The notes under the pieces: generated by a model | What the model was told of the DNA's origin: nothing | Database searches by the model: none | The model's input: only the letters and a program-made list of their open reading frames with translations | Program-made: the position numbers and the translations under genes | Shown: one piece after another, positions 12,221-28,600 of the stretch | Layout: each line of letters starts with the position of its first letter | Position numbering within the stretch: position 1 is the stretch's first letter | Assembly (NCBI GenBank): GCA_900088475.1 | Contig: FLMG01002404.1 | Coordinates: forward strand, 1 to 37,935 | DNA from: Hyphochytrium catenoides | Lineage: Eukaryota; Protista; Hyphochytriomycota | Reading direction: 5' to 3' | DNA length: 37,935 bases

Positions 12221-13185
12221 ATTTGGGAGGACGCCTTACAGACTCTGTGGCAGCTAAACCCTGGCACTAGCCACTCATCTACATTGGGCTTGGCCTCGCT
12301 GTCAACCACAGAGCTCTCTTCTCTGTCGCCTGAGTGAGTGTTCTAGAGAGAGTTCTGCAGGCTGAAGCTCTGCCATCGGCAGTTCGCATCTCTTCTTCCC
12401 TTCAGTGATCTGTTCCCCTGCTGCCAACGCCATCAGCAGCTTCTTCTGATTCTACTCTCCTAACATCAGAACCGTGTACTACGCGCACAGACAGCGCTAA
12501 CAACAGGTACGGCACGAAAGTGGCGATAGAGATCAAGATACAAAATCTCTTCTGAGGTGATGAGATCTCTGCAAAGCTTTTTTCAAGCTGCAGATTATTG
12601 CTGCTGGCGTGGTGACTCTTGCTTGTTGCCCCGCCGCCCCTGGAACGTGAAGCAGCTCTGGCGTCGCAAGAAGGTGACTTCCATTTCACATTGGTCATTG
12701 ATAGAGAAGGAGCGTGGTCCCCCGGTGTGGCCTGTCTCGATGGGGAGGTGTTGGGCCCGTTCCGGGGCCGAGAAACTCACCTGTCGCTTTGTCGTACTTT
12801 TCAGCGGCAGCTGATGAATTGCACGGGTTATTGCGGGTGGAGCTGACCTGTCTCGCAGCTATGCATGGTGGAGAAAGAGGTATGTCTTGGTGCAGTCCAG
12901 CGTCTGTCATCTCTAGAAAAGAGCTGTCCGTGATTCGGCTTTGGCCCCGGCTTTGATGGATGGAGTAACCCTACACTGCTGGAGGAGGGGCAGGGCTCGA
13001 ATCCTATGAGGAGTCAACAGATGAAGGTGCCATGGTCTTTATAAAAAAGAACGCTAAATAAGTGTTTATTTGATGATGAATGGTGGGAACGGCTATTGAG
13101 GACACGGCAGACGGAGGCGCTGGCCTTTACATCTAACGACTAATAGCTCCGAAAGGTCAAGCCATAAAGGGAGGCTCTTAGGCAG

Positions 13186-15603
13186 TTACTTGACCTGCCT
13201 GTAGGCAAACGGGGAGCTGCACTTGCGATCAGGGGCATCCACACAGGGCCTGCTGCAAGCGTTGCGGACCTCATCACTGTTGAGGTCCTTAGGGATGACG
13301 CCAGTTCGGACGCCAGAGAGATAGTTCCAGCGAATGTCATCATTCTCTGCCTTGAAGTTCCAGAAGAACCAGCCGTCGCCTTGAGCATAGGCGTAGAGCA
13401 TCCGAGCGTATAGCTGCCGGATGAACTGCTTTGGGGCATCAGCAGTGATGGGGCACTTGCAGTCCACGCTTGGTCCCATGCCCCAGGTGTGAAGGTCTTC
13501 AGCAGAGTTCTTTTTTGGAAACATGGGCGTGCATTGGTCGCACGTTCTGCTGCCGCAGGCGTCGAGCTCTCCAGCTCCATTCCTCAGGTCTGCCGCGAAA
13601 GAGCAAGGCAACGCTCAGAATGCCACATACTCATTAGGGCTGGAGAGTGTAGAGACTGAGCTAAATCTTACCAACACGGCCCTGGTTCCAGCCATTGAGC
13701 CACAAGGTGCAGGTGTCCGTTGCAGAGGACCTAAAGTGGAGGTGCTTAGCTTTAGAGTCCAAGAAGTATCGACCACTCCTGGATATGGAGAAGAAAATAG
13801 AGAGATGTTGACTTACCACTCGCCCACAATGACTCTCAGCCCAGCGTCTCGTACTCTCTTGATTTGTTCAGCGACATCACAGATCTATGCAGGACAACCA
13901 AGTAAGAGCCGACGTCTTTAGACTAACAAGCTTGAGCCCAGACGCCCTGCATTCCTCTTACGTACCTTAGAGAGCACCTCTTGAGCGGGCCGGGAAGGCA
14001 CCCAAGCTTCATAGATGTGAACGTCAAGAGTTGTCTCATTGCGTGGAGTTGGCAGACCACTTGGTCCAACCCAGGCATCCATGCCCTTGAAGGAGTCACT
14101 ATACCCTCTCTGCCAATGCGGGGCGATTTTCTTGATGGCATCGTCAACCTTCTTATACCACTGCTTCAGCACATCCTGGTTGGAAGTCTGCCAGGGCTCA
14201 TTGATAACATCGAGCACGCCGACCACCACCTTGTTGCCTATCAAATGTTCAACAGGTGGAAGTTGAAGGGGAGCAGGTCAGGGATAAGGCAGGCTACTTG
14301 AGTCAGAGCCGCTTTTCTATATACACCTGCATAGCGTTCGGCCATAAGTTCCAAAGCGTGCGTGGTAAAGTCAAGATTCTTCCAGCTAGGCTGCTGGTTC
14401 CTAGAGTACACAGGGACAAAGTTGCCTGGTGGACTGCTCTCTGTCTCGCCGACGATGCTTCCTTCGGAGAGGTCTTCGTACATCCATGCAGGATCCAACA
14501 GCTTGGTGTACTCACCGCGTCCTGGTAGAGGTGAGACGCGGACGTCAATCTTAAAAGATTCGGAAGGGCAATATAGAGCTAGACTCCTTGGTCTCACCAG
14601 TCCAGTAGATGCGTCTGGCTTTGCCACCATTGTCAAACCCGTTCTGCCCTCCCTTAGTAGCATGAAGATCAAGGAAGACTGACAGACCGTGCTTGCCGCA
14701 CCAGCCAATAATGCGGTCCACATAGCGGAGACTGTCCTTATAACAGCCGTTGTAAGGCTGGTAGTCTACGAACTGCCAGTCTCCCACTGGCAGCCGAATA
14801 GCGTTGATGCCATAGCTGGCCAGCTCTACAATATCTTCCTCGGTCACAAAGGTCTCCCAGTGCTGCTTGAGCTGACGGTTGGCTTCCTCAGCGCCAAGGA
14901 CCTGTTAACATACAAGGGAAGGTAATTATGAAAGAGGCATCAGGGTTAGACGAACGCAAGTTGGTTGAGAAACAACCAAGAACCAAGTGCTACCAGCCTT
15001 ACCTCACAGAATCTATAGTTATCGATGGCCGTCTTCTCCACAGGCTTCTCCTGGAACTGATAGAAGAGAGAAGGAGTGATCCACGGCTCGATAACGAAGA
15101 TGCCGCCAAGGTTGACACCTGACAGTACGGGATGTCAGCTGACAGGACCGAATTTCCGCTGCAACTGATCTTTGACAGGCGTGTCGGCGGCACTTACCTC
15201 GGTATTGCCATCTTTCGCCAATGTCTGGGGAAGGAGCAGGCGTGCCATCAATCCTGCAGAGGCCAGATCGTACTCCTCCAGCAGGAATCTGACGTGGGTT
15301 TCCGGTCTTCAGCCAGCAGGTCCCACCGTTGAAGTTGCTCCAGGAGAAGCAGGAGCACTGAGAGTTATCGAGACATTTCTGCACACAGCTCTCCGCGTTG
15401 GGCCCGGGCACGTTACCGATGTTGTTCTCGTAGAGATCTACGTTATCGAGTATCTTACAAGTGGCGCCGGAGCGTTCACCGGTTCCTCCAGTGGCGTGGG
15501 ACACACTATAGTCAGCCGAGGGACCTGTGGCACTGACGGTGATGGCGGAAGCAGCCAGCAGAAGCGCCACCTTTGCCGTCGATAAAGTAGCAGCGCACTT
15601 CAT
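13186..15603 (-). CDS. Secreted glucan 1,3-beta-glucosidase (GH5 exo-beta-1,3-glucanase) with an N-terminal PAN/Apple domain, about 8 exons
   Basis: Signal peptide MKCAATLSTAKVALLLAASAITVSA; Apple domain CKILDNVDLY...CVQKCLDNSQCSCFSWSNFNGGTCWLK; GH5 motifs GVNLGGIFVIEPWITPSLF, RLPVGDW, LDLHATKGGQNGFDNGG, acid/base INEPW, DVHIY, nucleophile VIVGEWSSATDTCTLWLNG, GWFFWNFK. Splice phases are consistent. Confidence 0.92.
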
Positions 15604-16199
15604 CGTGTTGAGAGAAGTCCAAGCCCGTGATCCTGCTGCTGCAGGCTGACACTGTGACAATGAGCTGGAGAGCTTTGATTTACTCTGCTCGGCCTTGAAA
15701 GTTGAAGAATGAGCAGTTTGGAGCGGGAGTCGGAAGCCAAGTAGCTGTCCTTTCTCTGCTCCGCACTCATCTCCCTTCTTAGATATCACACTGTCACCGA
15801 CCCCCAACTTGCTTAATCATCGCTTCTGTCCCTATCGATAGCGAGGGAGGGAACCCTGGTCTGCTGACGAGGTCTACGAAGTCAAGGAAAGGCTGTGTCG
15901 AAGCCGAACTATAGCGTCTGAGATCAAGCTCGTGAGCCTCTCTTCTCCACTGACATCAGTAGAAGACCAAAGGAAAAGAATCAAGCGGCAGAATGTCGAA
16001 GCTTGCTTTCTTCAAAGAGCCTTTTGAAGGAGCTCTCGTCAATGATAGTAGGGACATCAATATATTAGTGGTCGGAAGCATAGACCTGCTGTCGGAGACA
16101 CTTGAGTAAGGGGAGAGGGCGTCTGCTAGTGCCATGATGGGGATAAGAGGCGTCGCCTCACATGCTTGTTGGCTCTGGTTCATCACATCCTCTCATTTG

Positions 16200-18650
16200 C
16201 AGACCAGCTCCCAAGTATTCGCTGTATCTAAGCTAAATTAGTTCTAGAGCACGACTGTTGTCCAACTTGCTGGTGACAAAGAGACAGGAGGAAAAGCTCC
16301 CTCCACTACAGCTGATGCCTTTGAAGAAGTGTACCTACGATACGACAGGTTGCGTGTCAATACTTCCTCACCTTCTGGTCGTCCTTTCCTTTTATGGACT
16401 CAGTCAGAATAGCCTGTCCCACCGTCTTGAACTATGCTCCTGCCGCCGTCTTGAAGTCTCATCCTTCAGGGCGGACAACAGCGCAGCAGGTCACTTGCCA
16501 GCAGAATCCTAAGAACCCAGCAACTACCAAGAAACTTATGAGGTGTTGACCTTCGATTGATTGACACTAGCCAAGAGGGGCAAGGAGCAAGGAGAGAGAA
16601 GAACAGGCTCTATGACGATAACTTCCAGGCGGCAAAGAAGCAAGCCAGCGGTCATTATTGACAACCCGCCTCCGTCAGCTTCTCCATAGTCAAGACGAGC
16701 GATACTTTGGTCAGTGGTAAGGCATCACTCAGTCATCAAGCGAAAAGTCCCTGTCTGTCGATCTTTTCGAGCAGAGAAGCCGCGCTTGGTTTATTCTTCA
16801 ACCTCGGCGTCAAGTATCCAGGTCAACCAACACCATACCCATATCAACCATGAATTAACAACTCAGTCCTTGAGCTATTGTCAAGATACCCATATTGTGC
16901 CGCGTAGAGACCTGGGTCTAGAGCCGCGATTCACAGTCTTAGTCTCTGTCCTAGATTTATAAAGGATTTCTGCAGCTTTGGCTTTTGAAGAAGGGAGAGA
17001 AGTAGACCTGAGACCGGCGATTGATACTTTCTCTATTAGAACGGGGTAAGACAGGTCATTAATGACTAGTCTTGTTGCTCTTGCGCTCCGCTGATCCGCT
17101 GGGCATGAACTGCTCTCTAAAGGAGAGCGCATGAAAGTCAGATAGTAGGCGGAAGTGCTTGGGAATAAGTTGGCGGACGAGCCGATCAAACCACTCCACC
17201 AGTGCAGGTCAATGATAGAGACAGTTCTATCACTAGCAGAGGCAAAGTGTTATTGTTGCAGCTGCTGTGCGGAGCAAGCTGATGGCAGGATGTGCAGTGA
17301 CGGGCCGGCAATCATTTGGACGGTCTATCAAGGCATTCTTAGCCTGCTTTGGATATCAATTGCAGACTTCCGATATCATTGTCCTACTTCTCTTCCTGCA
17401 AAATTCTAGGAATCATCAGCTCCTCCATGTCTACCTCTACTCTGAAGATAGAAGGCGAAGGTAACTCTCTATTTGACATACAGGCTCGATGCTTTGTCTG
17501 TTGAGGTTGTAAGAGAAAAAGTGCGGCGGTGGCTGGTGAAGTGATGTCTCTCTTTGACAGCATTAATGAAGTGTAAAAACGAGGGAGAATAGACTTATCG
17601 CCACTTCTAAAGGACGTCAGTTGTCCGACATCGAAGACAGAAGCCAGTTGAAACCAGTAGATATCCTGCAATGGCTATAGCCCCGCCGTCCATAGAAGCG
17701 GATTCGTAGGCGAAGCGCTTTATCTCTTGTACCATAGGACAGGCTTGGGTCGCCTCCTCGACATGCAACAGATGAAGCCAGCGAAACCTTGCCTTGGATT
17801 ATCCTGGAACGTTCAAGGTGTAAAGCCACCACCCTTCCTTTTGCTTGCCACATTTCCACATCTATCTTCGCAGTGTGAGTATCGCTCTCTGTTGACCAAG
17901 CCTCAACATCACTATCTTCCAGCTTGTACTCGTATGTGCTGGGCCGCTTGGGAGATAGAGCACTTGCTTGTAGGATGCAGTCACAGTTGAATCAAGTGAA
18001 AGGATCTCGCACATTCAAAGGCGGGAAATATGAGGAACTACAAGAAGAGGGTCCTCCCCCGCCGTCCCTTCTATCCTTTACTTCTTGAGACAACAAGAAC
18101 TCCAATCGTTGCGTGCGGATAAGCTCTGCATCCAAACTTCATCTTACCCTTTATAAAATATCAGAAAACTGTCTTCAGTGCTGGATTGCTATGAGCTGAT
18201 GGCGGCATGAAGCTTTCTGACAGAAATTTACCATTACTTGGGAACAGTTGTAGGCGAAGGTCAAAGTAATGAAGAATTAGTGCTATTAGATACCGATGAG
18301 CGGCCATAGGGCTCTTCGAAGAACGTCTAATCTGCTTACTAAGGTCTGGCTGCAATGGAAGACGTGGCGCTACATGTGCCTAGATAGACATGTGGTGATT
18401 GCTGGTCCGTGTGGAGACCAGAGAGTCACGACCAAGCAATCCATGTACCAACCGCCCGAGGCTTGGAAAAGAGTTCGCTGTCAGTCTGCACCTACATTGC
18501 TTTAGGGAGATCAGATAACGTTTCCTCTTCAAAAGGATTAGAAGCGAGTCCCTTCCTTTCCAACCAAAAGTAGGAATGGCTTAGTTTGAGTACAGCACTT
18601 TTAGAGAAGTAGATGGCCGTGGAAGCCATTGAGCAGCTGTGTAGCGGCAG
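16200..18650. mobile_element. Probable highly decayed LINE remnants (possibly two copies tail-to-tail)
   Basis: No spliceable gene found. The plus strand has VLGNKL...PLHQCRSMIETVLSLAEAKC...IWTVYQGILSLLW (resembles the zf-RVT/zinc-knuckle end of ORF2, 17155-17355). The minus strand has WKGR (~18560) and SWKIVMLRL (~17910). All are weak motif-level matches. Confidence 0.3.
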
Positions 18651-19080
18651 ATGATCTCTCAGGCGCGGGTTCTCTCACGCAGCGCTGCCTCCTACTGCAG
18701 CAAAAATGGTGTGCACTTCCACACTTTCATCTTCTGCAAGTCGTTGGTACTGACAATGTCGCCGCTCATGCTGCGTGACATATGGGGTTGAAGGAACCCT
18801 CTGACATCTGAGGCCAGGAGCAATTGTTACCATGAAAGACCCAGCAGTCGCTGAGTGGGGCCTATAGAAAACCACAACCAGGGGATAAGAAGGGATTCTC
18901 TGGAGCTTTGTCTCTTTCTTTTGCACAATCTGTTGGCAAATCTTCAGATCTCCATCGACACGAGTGCTCCTTGTCACCAGGATCATCAGGATCCAAAGCA
19001 GGGGTGTGACATGTAGAGGAGAGACCTTGAGGAGAAAGCCCATCAGAGGCCAACATAGACTTAATAAGGTCGGCCGTTGA

Positions 19081-19375
19081 GAAAGAGACAAAAAAGGAGG
19101 AAGAGGAAATGATGAGGGGAGAACGATAGAGACAGAGAGAAAAAGAGGGAACAGAGAGAGAGAGAAAGAGAAAACAAGCCATTGCTATTTTTCATAACGT
19201 ATATTTATACCGTCAACGGCTAGGATTGTGGCGGGAATCTTAGGTTCTGTGACCATCACTCGTTAGGGCGGGAACTGCGAGACAGAGTGAGGATGCAGAG
19301 AGAGGGAGAGATAGAGACTGTTACTAAAGAGGGTGAGAGAGAGAGAGTGCTACCATAAAGAGAGACAGAGAGAGG
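19081..19375. repeat. GA-rich low-complexity / (GA)n tracts upstream of the ABCC gene
   Basis: Several gagagaga/gacagaga runs, e.g. 19130-19170, 19297-19316 and 19336-19373. Confidence 0.7.
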
Positions 19376-20304
19376 ACGCTCTCCAAGTCCCAAGAGGAAT
19401 ATTCTGTGGCGGCGGGGAGAGATGACAATAGGAACTTTTCGGAAGGTTTAGGTTAGGCAAGGGCGCGGTTGAAGTGGTCCAACTCTCTGTATAGATGTAT
19501 AGGCTCGTCTAAATCCTGTTCTAGATAAAACCTTCCTCGTCCAAAATAGTACGCCGTTCATGAGTTATAGGTCTATCTGTAACTATATTACCACACCCTG
19601 TCTCTATGATCGTCTCGGAATACGATTAGATCAAGCTTCTACATTACCGATAGACTGATTGCCCAGGGAGGTATATTTACGGGTCAGGCGGACATCATGA
19701 TCCTCCAACCTTTGTCCGCCCGCCGCTGCCCTTCGCCGAAAAAGTGCACTCACTCATCAGCAGCAGGAAGGAAGAACTGAGAGTGCCGTCATCTGCGCGC
19801 CGTTTGTTCCTTTATTTAACTTCTCCGTTCCTCCTCTCATGCCAGAGGATCATCCAGACAGAACTGTTCTCAAAGTTTGGATCGTAGCATTGGGAGGAGC
19901 AGTGCGTGCGACAGTGAGAAGAAAGAGATGTTCCAGGTAGTGAGATAGAGAGAGGGATCATTAGGAAGGAGAAGACAGTTCAGGCGGCTGTGCTCATGAC
20001 CAATCAGACGGATCCGTGCACCCATCAAAAGGTTTTCTTCTCTAAGCTGCCTCATTTGTCGCACACACCTCCACTTCCCTGATGAGCTCTAGGAGGTGAG
20101 AGGTCCGTGGCATCTATATTCTGACTGGCTCCTCTCTTAAGTGGATCTGTCTCAGTCCTTAACTTCCTTGATGGACGGCAGGTGGACAACTGCTACCACG
20201 GATCTGGCCCTTTAGGTGATTGTTTGCTTAGCCCTGAGAAGGGCCGTTCACTTGGAAGGCAGCAAGTACCAACACCCTTTCTTTTCATCAAAAGGCTTAC
20301 CATC

Positions 20305-25237
<4,933 letters not shown>

Positions 25238-25620
25238 TGACTTTCTTTTACTCTCTTATACTCTGCAATGTTTATGTGGCATGTCTTCCTTCCAACGTGA
25301 GCCTAGATGGGTCTCTCGTTCCTCGTCCGGTTGCGTCTCTTTTCCAATTTCGTCAAACTAATACATGGAGCTGTAACAAGAAGAACTTTTTGCTCCTCTT
25401 CCTCATAATGGCTGGCGGTTTCTTCGACAAATGTTAGAATAGCACTCTGCCAGAATACCTCCGACCTAGGCACATAACAGTCAATGACGTGCATTTCTTA
25501 TCTCAGTGCCCGCCAACCCGTTAGGTCTCGTCAGTAAGACGATTGAGACAGAAGCAGTGCTTGTTCTAGTAACGTAGAGCCTTATGTTACATTTGAAGGT
25601 AGCCTAGAGTCCATGATGCA

Positions 25621-28600
25621 CTAGCCCCTTTCCTCTGTACATATCCTCCTCTCACTCTCGCTCCCCTCTCTCATAATCTCTCTCTCCCGCCGTTCTCCTA
25701 CTGTGCATAGTTCTGTCAGTGGTTTTTGGTGTCTATTCACATCTCCACTTTGCCCATATACTTTGACGGATGGTAGCTCTTCTTCTGCTTCTTTTTGTCT
25801 CCTTTATCCTTCGCCTCTTCCTGGATCTGCAGCTGCATGGGATCAACAAGACTCTTCAGGTGGGCAACCACATTCTGAGCTAGAGTCGTGCGGTCTAAGG
25901 TAATGTGGGATCCTGTCTTAGGACCTTTAACTTGGCCCTTGGCGGGGCAACATCGGCCGTAGCCACCCTAAAGGGAGAGCAACCACAGTCAGAGAGACTT
26001 CGGCCGGAAAAGAGACGGCTAGACCAAGGAGGATTAGAGGATGGCAATCTGACAACATTGCGCTAAAGCCACGAAAAGAGTTTTCTACAGGGAGAGCAGA
26101 AGACGCTGCGGCATGGGCTACCTCGAGGACAGATATTAACCGCCCATTGCAACAGACGTCAGCCACCTCCTGCGGTAGAACAGTTATCAGTAAGGCTGTT
26201 TCATCATTGTCATCCTATCGAAGAGAGAGAGATGCGCAGATTGATGGTGCTCTGCATTTGCAAGTGGTGCGACTGGAGATATGGCAAGAGCATCGCCTGT
26301 CTCTCATCTCTCTTTCCAACTCTATCTTTCCAGCTCTCTCTTCCAACGGCCTTCCTTTCTCTCCCTACTAGCTTATTTCTTATGATTCCTCATCCATCCT
26401 ACCTGAACTCTCTCGGTGACCCAAGCATAGTCTTCTTGCTCCAAGTCTATTCCTTGGTTTCCTGGACGGTCGTGCTTGGCATTGCCCACGTCATCCCGCC
26501 CGGCATCAAAGCCTGAGCTGAGCAGGATAAGGTCGGGATTGAAAGCGCGAAGAGGCGGAAGAAGGCGCTTGGTAATCTGCCAGAGACAGAAACAGCAGTG
26601 CCCCAGCGGTGGAGAAATGCGTGAAAGACGTCAGGGAGTGTGCACTAGTAGGTATGCAGGCGTACAGCAGAGCCCACAGAGCAAGAAGGGGATGGAAATA
26701 GGAAGAGAATCCAGTGTGTTTGCGCCAATGATAGGTGGAACCTCAGAAGCAGGGGAGGAGTTGGTTGGTGCTAAGATTGAGCACGAGCGATTACAGGGAA
26801 AGAAACAAAGCGCACAAAAGAGGAGGGAGATTGAGGGAGAGAAAGATAGTCCGTCGTACCTGGGTCCTGAACTCAGTTCTGCCGTAGACCTTAGGTTTCC
26901 CGTCATTGCCTTGAGATCTAGTCGCACTCCTTCACAGGCAAAAAGGGCACAAAGTTATGGAAAGGCCCTTTAAGGCATTTCATTGACGCCTCTTCCCCAA
27001 GACAGCCTCGTACACTCCCTCTAGCGTTCACCGGTGCTCTCTCTCGTGCCCAATGTTGCCCCACAGCTTCCTTCTTCGGCACTTCTCCTTCCTTCCCGAT
27101 ATATCTTCTTATCTGTTCTCTTTGTTAGCGATAATAAGCCTCAGCTCACCTCGTCCCTACTCCTCCCTCCTGCTTCCAAAAAGGCGCCAATGGAACGTTG
27201 ATGATGTTCTTTTGGATGTCATCATCGTCTCCAGTACCAGGGTAGAACTCATAATTATTAGCCTCATCGTGATCAAACAGGTGGATGGAGAAGAAGAACA
27301 GCTTGTTCCCGTCATTATGTTGCCTAGACAGCGTAAAGCGCGAAAAAAAGAAGCTCCTTCAGATCAGCACTGCTGAACAAGACCACGAGAGTGACAACAG
27401 GAATGCGGTATATTTGCCTGGCAGTTGGAGGACTATGCAGGGACAAAAGCAAGCTCAAGAGAAGGGAAGGTCCAAACAGTGGCGATGTACCCTGCCGCGA
27501 AATGAAAGTGAGAGCATGCCAGCACCTGACGATCTCCTCTGTCCCATTGCCATGGTGAACATCAATGTCCACAATCGCCACCCGCTCCGCATTGTGACAG
27601 TGTACAGCGTGCAAAGCCCCTGCAGCCACGTTATTGAAAATGCAGAACCCGCACGAAGACGCGTCAGCGAGAAGGCCATTCACGCCTGCATGATNNNGGG
27701 GGGGGGGAATAGCAGACATGTAGGGCAAGGGAAGAGGCAGGGAAGATGTAGCCATAGTAGAGCAAGCATGATTTTAGGGGGGGAGTGTCAGCCAAGAGTG
27801 CCTATTACGTCTTGCCCTACCTGGCGGCCTCACAAGGCAGAAAGCATTCCTGTTAAGTCCAGACAGAATGCGGTCTACGGCGTGGCACACTGCCCCGACC
27901 GCGCGGCGGGCTGCACTAAGGGAACCGGGAGAGAAGTACGTGTCGCAGTTGTCCTCTGCCTTCACATCCTGTGATGACTGCTTATGGATCTGCTTCTGAA
28001 CGTGTGGGGTGAATGGAATGGACAACTGCAGATAGGTTAACAACAGGTCGTGAGTGCGGGCTCATAGGATAAGAGAGCAGCAGCCACACGAAGGTGGCGA
28101 AAATAGCCCAGGGAGCAGTTGTTATCAAAGGCATTATCCCACTCTAGTGCTCTTGCCTTCTGCGGATCATTCCTGATCTGGTTGGAGAGGTCATTGACAA
28201 ACTTTATATAGTTTTTAGAGTGGGCCCGTGAGAGCACTTCCACTGAGGCACGAGGGAAGTCTGAGGACACTTCAAGCTCGTGCTCTCGAAAGGATGGTTG
28301 ACTCTTGATCTCGTCCCAAATTGCAGTGATGCGAGCTGGAGCCTTAAAGAGAGGAAAGGTGCCAATGCAATGAGGTCGGTGAGCGAGCCTGGACAACCAG
28401 AGGATGAAGCAGACCATTTAGCGCTTACCTCCCAGTCGGCCTCTTTTCTAGGCACGTGCTCCAAGCATTCGGGATGATGCAGTAACAGCGTCCTAGTCCG
28501 CGGCTCAATTTTAAAAAACTCACGCCGAACCTCGGGTCTCTGAGGGTTTACTGAGGCTGAGTTTAGCTCAATCCCCGCCACGTCTAGCGCGGTCCGATAT

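Noticed and set aside
12300-13050. Several overlapping 60-100 aa ORFs between POP1 and the GH5 3' end
   Set aside because: No recognisable domain, and I could not build a consistent spliced model.
19230-19460. TTAGG/TTAGGG telomere-like words
   Set aside because: Only scattered single or double copies, with no tandem array.
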